Positions 52,522 through 64,000 of a DNA stretch of 64,000 bases are shown here, in pieces. The translations under genes and the position numbers were made by a program. Each line of letters starts with the position of its first letter. The stretch's first letter is position 1. Location: positions 4,588,001 through 4,652,000 of the forward strand of contig NC_087437.1 in assembly GCF_036321535.1 (NCBI RefSeq), read 5' to 3'. Below the pieces are notes generated by a model. It worked only from the letters and a program-made list of their open reading frames with translations. It was not told where the DNA came from and did no database searches. This DNA is from Camelus dromedarius (taxonomy: Eukaryota).

Positions 52522-52989
52522 CAGGCGCCCCCCTGAGGTACTGTGAGTTTGGTCCAGACCACTGCAACAAGGGCAGACACGACAATAAAGCAGTCACGTG
52601 GATGTTCTGGTCCTCAGTGTGGGTGAAAGTCGTGCTTATACTATACTGTAGTTTATTAAGTGTGCAATAACACTATGTCTAAACAGACAATGTACATACC
52701 TGAATTAAAAAATACTTTATTGCGAACCATCACGAGCCTAAAACAAATCAAAATCTTTTCGCAAAAGTAACATCAAAGATCACTCATCACAGGTAACCAT
52801 AGCAAATACAATAATAATGAAATAGTTTGAAATATTGTGAGAATTACCAACATGTGACAGAGATATGAAATGAACAAATGCTGTTGGAAAAATGGTGCCA
52901 ACAGACCTGCTCGGCACAGGGTTGCCACAAACCTCCAACTGGAGAAAAACACAATTATCTGCAAAGTGTAATAAAATGATGTCTGCCTG
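52522..52989. mobile_element. Tigger1-derived non-autonomous element in the last METTL6 intron
   Basis: caggc...gcctg|ta ends; ctatactgtagtttattaagtgtgcaata and aatgctgttggaaaaatggtgcc match recalled Tigger1 ends. Confidence 0.85.
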
Positions 52990-53440
52990 TATTAAACAGG
53001 CTTAAAATTATTGTTCAAAATACCTAAAATAAAATAATGTTCGGTGTTTGGACGGTTTTCCGATCAAAAATGACCCTTTAAAGACCCCTCTATATCAAGT
53101 TTGTGTAGTTAAAAAGAGTCAATCATTTTTACAGAAAAAGATTTCTTGCCTTTGTGCCTAACCTCATGGCACTGTACGGCCCTACCTGCTTTACTGAAGA
53201 GCCTGGTTTGCCCTCCGCCCCTCAGCATAGCTCCTGGCAGGTGGTCCACATGGCGTGTCCAAGCCTATCCACGAACTCAGCTCAGTCACTAGACGCTGTC
53301 ACCAGAGGAGGCTTGTGAGCTGACAGCTGGCGCTGGGTAAGTGGCCTGTGTGTGGAGTAGAGCTGCTCCCACCCCACCCGGTGCCACAGTGATAATACAA
53401 TCAAGTAAACAGGAATAAAGACAGATCCCCTCAGGCTTAC

Positions 53441-53582
53441 CATCAGTGAAGAAATACGATCTGGTTCCATCCTGTCTAACATAGAAGTTTTCTGCAAGTT
53501 TGCTGCCGGCTTTAAACCTAAGCATGGCATGATCATAGAGCCCATAGTCGCGAAACAAGACGCTTTTGCCTGGCTTTAATAC
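53441..53582 (-). CDS. METTL6: METTL6 coding exon 4
   Basis: 142 nt, [47 protein letters not shown]+G; acceptor tgtttcgtag, donor ATG|GTAAGC. Confidence 0.97.
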
Positions 53583-54400
53583 CTACGAAACACAACGGAC
53601 TGCACATAACTCTGGGGGCCCAGTCAAACAAGGCCTGCTATAAAATAAAATCTGATTAGTCTAGGGACTAAGATAACATGCATTTGTGACGGTCAGGAAA
53701 GGGGCCGGACCAACATACCCGTAATACAAAGGGCAAAGGGCTCCTACTCAAAGGCACGGTAAGACTCAGCACGTCCCCCACTGCGAGGGCGTGACTGTGC
53801 ACTGAACAAACTGCTGTTTAATCAGGCGTGGGAGGGTCGACTGTGGAAGTCTGGGTTAACATATAAAAGAATCTTCCCTCATATTACTTACCAATTGCTT
53901 TTAAGTTCTCGTTCTACTTTTAGAGAAACGAAAACTCTATTGTATGTGTGGTCCACGTAGGAAAGACAAACGGCCCCATACTCAGAGCAAAAGACTTGAC
54001 TCTGCCCTAAAAGAACAGTTAAGTGGGCACCAACATTTTTAAAGTTATAGTAAACTGTTTACAGTACGAACATGCTATTCTTTTAAAATCATTTCTTGAT
54101 TTGGTTGATCTTAAAACAATAAACACTGTTACCAACTATATATCAGAGAGCACTATTACAGTGGACAAAAAACCTCATGTGGGATCTCACCTGCCTCTCA
54201 TGATAACTCCATGAGAGGCATCCCCCTTTAACAGACAAGAAAGCTGAGGCCCAGGAAGGATGATGAGGGGCCTGCCCTGGGTCACGTGACTTAGGAGTGA
54301 CACTTTACTTCCTGAGTGTGGTGGCAGCCTCCCGGCGGCCCCAGCAGTTTGGGTTCTCCCCCTCCTAATAACAATGACGGCAGGAACAATGGCTGACTTT

Positions 54401-54477
54401 CATGGAGGGACTGGGGGCTGAACCCAGGACCCGGTGCCTGCTAAGCACACACTCCACCCATGAGCTACGCCCTCCCC
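54401..54477 (-). mobile_element. Tailless tRNA-head-only SINE copy
   Basis: 77-bp head between perfect TSDs acaatggctgacttt at 54386-54400 and 54478-54492. Confidence 0.88.
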
Positions 54478-54967
54478 ACAATGGCTGACTTTGAAAGAGC
54501 ACTTACCACATTCCAGGCATGGTGCTAAGTACTTAGTACAGATCTCATATAATCTCCTCCAAATCCTAAGATCTAGGCACTATTATCTGAACGTTCTACA
54601 GGTAATGAAACGGAGGCTTGGGGAGGTAAAGGAACTCGCCTATGTCGGGAAGCCACATTTTGACTCTAGGGCTCTGCCTCCAGCTGTGAGCTCTTGTCCA
54701 CGGGACCTCAGCCTCTCACTTTATGGCAGGACTCCAAGAGCCCAGGAAGCTGCAAAACCGTCCCTGCTCTGAGACTGGCCAAGCTCTGAAGGGCAGCGGT
54801 GGCCATCAGGCAAATCAGATTCAGGGTGGATGTTTTGTGTAGAACCTCTTTCCATATACTGACACACAGCCCACCTCGTGAGAGTGGGGAGACTCTGAGC
54901 CTCAGAAGGGGGGGAGGGGGAAAGATCAGGATGTCTGACTCTCCAGCCCAGGCTCCCCATCACCGAC

Positions 54968-55138
54968 CTTGTAAATGTTCTGTAAGACTAGGTGCATCTT
55001 ATCAGGGTGAACCGCAGAGAGCACAAATATCAACATGACAACGTCCACGGACTCTGGGGGCACGTGCTCCAGAAGGTCATCTCTAGTTAGATCACACTGG
55101 AATACCTTGCATCTGTCTGTGTCGTATAAAGGATTTTG
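54968..55138 (-). CDS. METTL6: METTL6 coding exon 3
   Basis: 171 nt, QNPLYDTDRCKVFQCDLTRDDLLEHVPPESVDVVMLIFVLSAVHPDKMHLVLQNIYK; acceptor tttcccctctag, donor AAG|GTCGGT. Confidence 0.97.
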
Positions 55139-55629
55139 CTAGAGGGGAAAAAACAGAGTAATTTCAATGCAACATCCGTGTTGATACATTGAGGGGAAAA
55201 AAGGCATCAAAAAGAGATGCTATTCCCACTTGTGCTGCTACACAGTAACCGACGGTTACTGGGTACAACTGAGCAGTGAACCATGTGCACGATGAAGCGT
55301 GTAACATTCAACGGTGCCACAAGGGCAAGACTTCATTTTCACAAATCACTTCCAACTGAGTACACGGTCTATCATAAACTCAAAACCAAGCGTTTTAGAA
55401 GCATGTATTTCCAGAGGGATGATAATCCAAAACCTGCCTCTGCTTCCTTATCCCTCCTTTGAATCACCCACTACAATGCTAAATCCCATGAGAAGTCCTT
55501 CCAACTCCCTTCACTGAGATGCTCCCACAGTTCTTCTGGGTAGATTTTCCCTTGACGCAGCAAGCTAAATAAACCTAACTCTTTTTTTTTAGTAAAAGTG
55601 TGTAAATTTTGGTTGGTGGATTTCAACAC

Positions 55630-58600
55630 ATGTATAAGAGCATTATGAAGAAAAACATTAAACTTTTCTTTAATGTAAATGAAGACCTTAATAAATATAC
55701 ATACAAAGTTATGAGATGGGAAGGTTCAATATGGAATCAATTCTACCTATGACTCCACTTCTGTTATATTTTATTTTTTAACTATAGTCAGTTATAACAT
55801 GTCAGTTTCTGGTGTACAGCATAATATACCTCCACTTCTAAATCCAATGCAACCTCTACTGAATCCCAACAGATTTCTAGGAACTTTGACAAGGTGAATT
55901 TTATTCATCTGAAAGTGAAAATCTTTAGGAATAGCCAAGTCAATTTTTAAATGAAGAATGGAGGAGGAGGTACACTACTGAACATCAAGACATATCACAA
56001 AATGTAGCACTAAAACAGCATGGTTTGAGGGTGGGGACAGATTGATCACTGAGACAAAACAGTCCCCACACAGACCCATGGGTATAGAGGAATCAGTAGT
56101 GTACATGACAGAAGACAGACGACAAAAATGACATTAGATTTTTTATAAAGGTGGATAATAAAGGTGATGTCAGGAATGGAAACTGAATTTCTTATCCATT
56201 CACTGTTGAGACAACTAGCTCCACCTGCTGGAGTCAGAGGACAAGTGGCGCCCAGAGGGATGGAAGGACCTCCAGTTCTAGCACAGAGATGCGGAGGGCT
56301 GGAAGGATGTGGCCCCCATCCTTACAGAAAGGAAGCTGGACAAACAGCAACGTTTATGTGAACCCACAAAAGAACAGAGGTCAAAGAACAACCAGCTGTC
56401 CCCAAATCTGGAGAGGGACAGGGGCCTTCGGGAGATGGAGGAAAGCATTTGCTTATCTGAGGCAGAAACTTCCAGACTGGAGAGAGAAAACTAGAAAGTT
56501 GACAAACAGCTGGACACTGAGCGAGGCTGCTGTGAAGTGCCCGGGACTGAAGCCATCAGGATGTTCCCACCCTTCGGAGGTGTTACCGCCGGAACATCAC
56601 CAGGCTCTCGCAGAGAGAATGGTGCTCTTTCTGATGCTGGACTTTCTCATCTCCTTTAAGGGAGAAAAGGCCTGATCTGCAGGGAAAAAGTCATCAGAGG
56701 CCTGCAGCCTTAGGGCACTGGTGGAATACCACTCCCCTGGGAGAGGGAACCACTCTGCTCAGACCTGGGCTCACTCTGTGGAGGGAACGGCCTCAAGGCC
56801 AGAGGATGATACAGGTGGATATGGCCCACAGCTGGAGGAGGGACGGGAGAGAGAAGCTCTATTCCAGGAGAAGTAGAAACACTTGTGAGGGCCATACCCC
56901 TATGACACAGGCCCACGATGCAGTTCAAAAACTAAGACTCAGATCATGAGAGAATGATCCCTTTACCCACACCCTACCGACTGGCCTCCAGTGATAACAG
57001 GTGGTTACTGGGAAAGCTGCAAGAGACAGATCTTCTATGGGGACCTGCACAAAGGGAAGACCCAGAGCCAAGAGGAGAGACAAAAACCAGTCACCAGAGG
57101 AGTCTGAAGTCTCTGGTGCCCGTGGCAACAACAAACCTCACAGGTAACTACAGCAACGACAGTCTTCAAATACAGCCCAACTCCTGTCTAGATTATTACA
57201 GATCCTTATTACCTCGGTGTCCATGGCCCTATATAACATACCCAGCTTTCAACAAAAAGGCGCAAAGCATAAAAAAGCAGGAAAAACATGGCCTGAAGAG
57301 ACAAAGCAAGTATGAGAACCAGATTCAAGTAAGACACAGATATTAGAACTAAAGATTTAGACATTTTAAATAACTATGATTAATGTATTTGGACATTTTA
57401 AATAGCTATGATTAATGTATTAAAGGCTCCAATGAAAAAAGCAGACAATATGCAAGATCAGATAGGTAATTTCACAGAGAAATTGAAATTACAAAAAAAA
57501 AAAAAAATCAACTGGAAATGCTAAAAACCAATAGTAACAGAAACAAAGAATGCTTTTGACAAGCTCATCAACAGGAATGCCTCCTGTCCAAAAAGGAATC
57601 AGTGAACTTGACAGGACAACAGAAATTACACAAATTGAAAATACAAAAGGAAAAAAAGTTAAAAACAAAAAAACGAACAAAGACACATCCAAGAGCTGTG
57701 GGACAATAGCAAATGGTACAACATACGTGTAATTGGAATCCCAGAAGCAGAGGAGAAAACGAGCTGAAGAAATACTTAAAGAAATAACGGCCAGACTTTT
57801 TCCAGATTAATTAAAAACCTTAATATGAAAACAAATATATGTATGTGTATGTACGACTGATATAATGTGCTGTACACTAGAAATTGATGCAACATTGTAA
57901 CCTACTATATACTTCAATTAAAAGACGTTTTTACGCCACAGGAAAACCTTAATACCAAAATTGTAAAAAAAAAAAATCTACGTGATTACAGAACTCCTAA
58001 GCGAGACAGAAAATCTTAGCACCTCAAAAGGAAAAGATTAATACATTCGACATGATCACTTAAATCCTGTCGTAAAACAATACCATAAAACAAGCTGAAT
58101 AAACTGGAAGAAATGTTTGCAACGAATGTAACAGAATATCCAGAATATATCCTAAAAATAAGAAATAAAATCACAAATGGGCAAAGGTGTGAACAGACAA
58201 TTCACTCCCAGTGCCATGTGAGTGGGGTTCTTGTCTGTTTACTACTTAATCCCAGTGCTTAGAACTGTGACCAGCACATACTAGGTTCTTGACAAATATA
58301 TGTGGAATAAAGGAACTCACCAACAGGAAGAAAAACTAATGGCTTATTTACATATTACAAAGTCCCTCACTGGTTGTAAGGAATAAACAATTTAAAATAT
58401 GGAGGCACTATTATTTGTCCATAAGGTTGGAAGATATAAAGAAAACTGATGGCAAATACTGAGGGCAGAGAGGAAAAAATATCTTTATGCTATTGATGAA
58501 ATTATAAATTGGTATAATTTTCTGGTTGGAAAGCATGGCATTAAAATTTAAATATGTATGCTTTCTCCAAGGAATTTTACTTCTTCCATTATTCACCACA

Positions 58601-59660
58601 GAGATGTATAAACATGTGTTTTGAGGTATGTGTATTATGCTGATTAAAGTAACCTTACTTGTAAGAGCAAAAAATTAGAAACAATTTAAATAATTATAAA
58701 CAAGGCAATTGTTAAAGTATGGTATATCCAGGCTATGGAATACTGTAACAGGTAAATAAAATGCAGTTAAATCTATTATGTCCTAGGATGAAAACCTCAA
58801 CAAAATATAATGTAGAGTGAAGAAAGCAAGTTATAGTACAATATGCTAGCACTATTTAAAAAGCCTAATGGATGCTAAAACTGTGGAAGGTTGACGGAAA
58901 ACTAGATACTTGCATGTTGCCAAAGTATCTCCCACACTTGTTAACGGCAAAAAGAAAATACCTGTACAACAGGGGACTTAGGTAGTTACCACCTTCACCC
59001 GGTGAGCAAAACTAGCATCACTTACAGTGAGATTCCATTACTGCCTCCCAACAGGATGCAGTGTGAAAGGTCTGATGTCACCTATTAAAGTGTTTTTGAC
59101 AAATACATTTTCCTGATTTAACTCTAATTTCTAGTTTAGAAGAAACACAGGGGCTAAAGGAACAAGCTAAACAATGATAAAAAGAACCAGTCACACCAAA
59201 GTGAAATGTGAGACCTTATTACAGTAGACGGCTTGCTCTCCAAAAACTTCATGTCGGTGGGGAAAAGATTGAGGCGGGGGGGGCAGGCACGTTTTAGGCT
59301 CAGGAGATTGAAGGCACATAATGAAGTGTAAGATGTAGTCCTTCATTAAATACAGCTATAAAAGACATCTGAGACTACGGGGGGCCCTCTGAACCTCGAC
59401 TGGGAGTTACTGATATAGGGACTTACAGTTATTTTTGTCAGATAAGATGAATATATTGTGGTCATGTAGAAAAAGTCCTCATTTTTTTGAAGATGTATGC
59501 AGACATATTTAGCAGTGAAGTGTCTCAATGTTTGTTACTTACTTTAAAACAGTTCAGCAAAAAAAAAAAAGTCTATAAAGCAAATGTGGTAAAAATGCTG
59601 GCAATCATTGAATGTGGATATAAGTATGTTGTTACAGTATTTCTTCCTACTTTTCTGGAT
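55630..59660 (+). mobile_element. Cluster of old L1M fragments in a METTL6 intron, with a young L1 tip at about 57826-57942
   Basis: A-rich L1-like segments (acattttaaataactatgattaatgt, gtgtaattggaatcccagaag, aagcaaatgtggtaaaaatg); tip flanked by aaaaccttaata at 57814-57825 / 57943-57954. Confidence 0.65.
57355..57418. repeat. 32-bp tandem duplication (2 mismatches)
   Basis: atttagacattttaaataactatgattaatgt / atttggacattttaaatagctatgattaatgt. Confidence 0.85.
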
Positions 59661-59833
59661 AATGCTGTCTCTGTAAGTATTATATATGCGTGTAAACAGG
59701 AAACAACATTCGCACTGATCATAGCTGGTTAGCTTCAGGGAGAGGACTGGAATTGGGCAAATGGGTATAGAAGGCAGATGAAGCAAGTCTAAGAAAACAG
59801 AAACATAACACAATACATAGACGGTGCACCAAC

Positions 59834-59968
59834 CTTGACATATTCAACTGCTCGTGGAGAAAAATCACAGGCATAGGCAAAGATATTCCGATCCTCTTCT
59901 AAAAGCGGGAATAAACAGTTTCCAACCCCACAGCCAGCTTCAAGCATAATCAATTTTTGATCTTCATA
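59834..59968 (-). CDS. METTL6: METTL6 coding exon 2
   Basis: 135 nt, YEDQKLIMLEAGCGVGNCLFPLLEEDRNIFAYACDFSPRAVEYVK with SAM-binding motif LEAGCGVG; acceptor ctctttcctcag, donor AAG|GTTGGT. Confidence 0.97.
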
Positions 59969-60695
59969 CTGAGGAAAGAGACACCAAAGTTACAGTACAC
60001 TACATCTGCATAATGAAAGAAAAAACAAACCAGAAGGTCCAGAACGTGAGACAAGGTCTCTGCGCCTATGAAGCAGACAATGAACAAGTAAACAGATAAC
60101 CAGAAGCTAATACTGACACGTCATTTGTTGTCCAACACTGGCAGTCTGGTATGGAGAAGATACAGCATACTGGTTAACAGAACAGGCTCTGTCTGGGGTT
60201 AAATCCCTTGCACTCAAATCCAGACTTCTCCCCTCGCCCATGTTCTGTCATTGGACAAATCACTTAAACAGCTTAGTGCCTCCATTCACCAGCGAGTGAG
60301 GATAACACTAATGCCAAACTTGACGGTGTTATTATAAGGCTTAAATTACAGAACACAGGAAAAGTTCTAGAAAAGGGGCGTGGCATAGTGTTCATCACCA
60401 CCCTCATTATTATGAATCGGTCACTGAAATCATCCAGTATGAATTTAATATTTACAACGTTCAGATTAGCTTTAAAGAAACAGAAAATGCCCACTAAAGT
60501 TCCCTCTCCTGTGTATTATACAACCCAGGAACTGCTAAAACTAGTTGAGACCAAACAGTGTATTTCTAAGGTACAAAACATTTTGACAGGCTTCATAAAT
60601 TCTCTCCCTTACACTCCCCCGGGGATGCAATACAACAGCCCTCTTTTATCCACTTAAAAGAAGAACAGCTCAAATGAGGTGTGATATAAGTTTAC

Positions 60696-60920
60696 CTCTC
60701 TACATGACCTGAGCTCCTCAAACTCTCTGGTGGTCCAGTGTCTGTCTTTGAAGAAATTAGTGCTATTTCTTTTGTAAAAAAGGTCCCAGTTCCTCTGAGC
60801 CTCTTTTTCCAGCTTTTGCTGCTTAAAATCAGACACTAAAACTTGGTCCCGCTTCAGTTTCTCCTCTTCCTCAGAGCTGAGACTCCTTGCCTGCAGCCCT
60901 TTCCTTTGCAAAGATGACAT
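60696..60920 (-). CDS. METTL6: tRNA N3-methylcytidine methyltransferase METTL6, first coding exon
   Basis: MSSLQRKGLQARSLSSEEEEKLKRDQ...NWDLFYKRNSTNFFKDRHWTTREFEELRSCRE; FFKDRHW motif of the METTL2/6/8 family; 225 nt; donor GAG|GTAAAC. Confidence 0.97.
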
Positions 60921-61895
60921 CTCCTAAGTTGATGGTGTATATTTAACACTGCTGACGATTCTCCATTCCTGAATCATCCGAGGAACTCAAGGTGATGCTG
61001 CAGACACAGGCTGGGTTTTCTCAGATGTGGTCCCTTGGGTGGGATTCAAGCCTCAGGCAGAATCGGGTGCTTCGAGGAAAAAGAATGAGATTCTGGTTGG
61101 AGACTCTACGACAGTTTTTAAGATGCTGGGTTAGTGATTCGGGAACAGTGCTCTCACCAAATAGTTCAATTTACTTAACTTTTACTAGATACCTACTCTA
61201 CACGAAACCCTGCACCGCTGTGGCAAATAGGTCACAAAGCCCAAGACACAGTCCCTGCCTTCAGAGGGCTGACACTCGGCAGCCGGGGCTCTCCCGCACA
61301 GAACTCTAATTCAAACCCTAATACGTCAACTATTATAGGAAACCAGTTTAGAAAAAGGGCCCTCCCAAGAAGTAACTGAGAAACCTTGGGGAGTTTTCAG
61401 TGCCCGTGAAAGAGGTGACCTAAAAACAACCACAACAGCTGCCCGACCCAGAGGCGAGTGGTCAATTAACAGACCAACGCAGGGTCATCGTTTCCCAAGG
61501 ATCGGAGACTCAGTGGTTTTCGGGGGGAAATGGAGCCAAGCCCGAGTGGCCTGAGCCTCTGATTCTCACGACGAGGGAGCGTCGCTTCCCAGGGACCGAG
61601 GCCCTCGCACCGCCACGGCCGCGCGAACGGGAGGAAGAGCCCCAGTGACGCGCGGCGCAGGGCCCCGGGACTCGAGATGAACCAGGAGGCCGGGCCGCGA
61701 GGGCCCGCGGGGAGCCGGCTACACAGGCTCTCGGGCCCGCGCTAACCCAGTCCGCCGCGCGCTGGGCCCCCGTCATCAGTTCCTAGGTTCCCCTGGACGC
61801 GAACGGCCGGGCGCACTGAGCCCTCAGCCAGGCCCAGTCTCGGAAGCAGAATTTGGGAGCCACCGCCGCAAATCCCGTCGACTGCACAAACCCAC

Positions 61896-61960
61896 CTGCA
61901 GTACCTCCAGCCCCACTTCCCCAGGCGGAGTCCTTTGTCCATGGCACCGCCCCCGCCACT
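61896..61960 (-). other. METTL6: Candidate METTL6 non-coding exon 1 (5' end uncertain)
   Basis: Minus-strand donor CAG|GTGGGT at 61896/61895 just inside the promoter; start coordinate is a guess. Confidence 0.4.
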
Positions 61961-62207
61961 TCCGCCGTGGGCCCGGAAGTCCCTCCCCGACGCCGGAAAT
62001 CCAGCGGTCCTGCTTCCTCAGAGTCTTCCCCCGCCCCGACGCCGAGGCGAAGACTTGCTTCCGGCCTCTGGTGGGCGCCGGCGCGGCTCCCCGCGCGTCC
62101 CGGAGCGGGGTCCCGGGAGCGCAGCCACCCCGGACGCCGGCGCCGGCGGCTCCGGCCGCGGACGCGCCAGGAGAGCGCCGCTACGGGCGCGAGGCCCGTG
62201 CGCGGCC

Positions 62208-62310
62208 ATGAACGGGACGGCCAACCCGCTGCTGGACCGCGAGGAGCACTGCCTGCGGCTCGGGGAGAGCTTCGAGAAGCGGCCGCGGGCCTCCTTCCAC
62301 ACCATCCGCT
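62208..62310 (+). CDS. EAF1: ELL-associated factor 1, coding exon 1
   Basis: gccATG start; [34 protein letters not shown]+T; donor GCT|GTGAGT; exon 2 not seen before the window end. Confidence 0.96.
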
Positions 62311-64000
62311 GTGAGTCCACGGCCCCGCTGCCGTCTCCGGCCGACCTCGGCTCCCCCAAGGTCCAGGGGGCCCCGCCAGCGTCAGCTCCCTCCTCCCACC
62401 CCATATCCGCCGGGACGTCTCGTCTTTTCCTTTTGTTTTTCTCATCTCACTCCTCCTAGACCTGACCCTTCGTCCCTCCCTACTGTTCCTGTGCCTCGTG
62501 GTCCCACATGCTTCTCCCGAAGATCAGCCGCCCCTTTCTCTGTTCATGCCCCGCCATGCCCTCCCGCGCGCCGAACTCCCCTTTTTCTTCCCGCGAGGCT
62601 GTGACCCCGTCATCAGACTCCAGTCCTTCTCCCTAGCCGCCCCCTCTACTTCCCCACCGGGGTCTCCACGCTCCAAGGACTCCTCAGTTTTCTCCGGAGT
62701 TTCTTCCACTCTCCCTCCTATTCCATTCTCCCCTTCCCTGTTCTCATCACTTTTCTTAACTCGTCCGTTTTGGTTCTGTCCTCCCTCACCCCCGCTTCAT
62801 CCTCTGCGCAGCCCGGGAATCTGCATCCTCCCTGCGCCTCATCAATCTTCCTCCTCCACCTCTCCGTGCCAACTTTTTGTGTGACTTTGATGTCTCTTGA
62901 GGTCACCTCCCCCCGACTCTTCCTGGGGACCAAGTTCCTCGTGGGTGAAGAATAAAATTAGAGTTTGTGAGCCAGGAGGAAGTTGAAACTGGATCTCTGT
63001 TTGGAAGCAGAAGAGAGCAGGCATAAGGAATGTGGAAACAGTCCTTATGCTGGACTTCTGGACCCAGCTTCATCATGCTGGACCCCTCTGCATGATGAAG
63101 GACTCTGTTAAGGGAGGGCTTCCACTTTGTGCCCCGGGTAAAGACTTGGCCTTTGGAGCATCCCTCTGTGATTCCCAGGCTCCTGGTTTCCCAACCTGGT
63201 AGCCTTCGTGCTGGTTAAGACTTGTTTTTGTCTAAGGGGCTCCCAGATGTGACTCAACGCATTGGAAGAGGGCGTGTTAGATAATGAAGGTCTATGTTTG
63301 TGTGGTCACTTGGCCAGGCCGTTACTGTGCTTCCTACTGACAGCAGATCAGCCCTTTCAGAGGGAGGACATTGGCAACGTGATATGGGCGTCATTTCCCG
63401 AGCGGTTTACTAGGCTAGTGTTTTAGTAGCGTGGAGGGCAGTGTGGGATTTCAGTGAGACCCTTCAGAGAAGCACTTGGCCTGCAGTTTGAGGCAGGTGT
63501 GTGTTACAGTGGTGTAAGACAGCTGTTTGTGTTGTGCTTTAGCAGTTTAGAAATGTGGGCAGGATTCATCTTTGGAAATAGAGTTCAGGCACCTGCTCCG
63601 AACATCTGCGGGAGTATCTTGGTTAAAGCTGTGGAAGTTGAGTGTGGCATATCCTAACTCTGAGAGTTCCTGTGGGAAATGAAATCAGCTTACAGGATGC
63701 CACGGCTTTTTATATTTCACTGTGGATTTTACAATCATGGGATTTTTTAAAATGTGCCCTGTTGCTTTTGATCCTTATAATAACCTTAATAAAACACCTC
63801 ATTATGAATAATAAGGTGTTAATGTTCATCTGTCACTTGGGGGAAGGGAATATCTTCGCTTAATAAAATGGGGTATAAATTCTAGCTTTTTTTTCCCCCT
63901 TCAAAATAACTCAGTGGGGATGGGAGGAAAAGTAGGTGAGGGTATAGATGAAACAAGATTGTCCCGGAGCTGGTAGTTACTGAGGCTGGGTGATAGTACA

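Larger units (their letters stand above)
61480..62600. promoter_or_regulatory. CpG island, bidirectional METTL6/EAF1 promoter
   Basis: CpG-dense; ETS/GABP-type sites at 61958-61965 (-), 61973-61980 (CCGGAAGT), 61993-62000, 62057-62064 (-); GC boxes near 61947 and 62029; genes diverge from it. Confidence 0.9.

Noticed and set aside
53289..53440. Alternative METTL6 C-terminus by read-through (GKPEGICLY...)
   Set aside because: Strong GTAAGC donor and an intact final exon; no sequence support beyond an open frame
61783..62445. 220-aa minus-strand ORF across the METTL6/EAF1 promoter
   Set aside because: CpG-island artefact overlapping EAF1 exon 1 antisense; no recognisable domain
1..64000. CRISPR array, prokaryotic operon or intact viral/transposase gene
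   Set aside because: No regularly spaced repeat-spacer array and no long intact ORF of that kind; the content is ordinary eutherian genomic DNA

Overview
Mammalian genomic DNA, very probably camelid: 14 copies of a tRNA-Ala(AGC)-derived SINE resembling the camelid vic-1 family. The window is the conserved SH3BP5 - METTL6 - EAF1 syntenic block. It contains SH3BP5 coding exons 1-2 (minus strand, CpG island at about 14.4-15.4 kb; the rest of the gene lies left of the window). It contains the complete METTL6 CDS (minus strand, 5 coding exons, 855 nt = 284 aa + stop, all GT-AG) and EAF1 coding exon 1 (plus strand), head-to-head with METTL6 across a CpG-island bidirectional promoter. Most of the rest is intronic/intergenic and repeat-rich (SINE, L1, L2, MIR, LTR, hAT, Tigger); nearly all listed ORFs are chance. 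I found no convincing new multi-gene system. The best second-look items are: an apparent SINE-mediated 3' transduction (47.0-47.4 kb), one target site reused by an L1 and a SINE (three TSD copies), a tailless tRNA-head-only SINE, a candidate poison exon in METTL6 intron 4, and a candidate upstream SH3BP5 first exon. Gene and repeat names come from recalled sequences, not database searches; repeat boundaries are approximate unless TSDs/TIRs are given.
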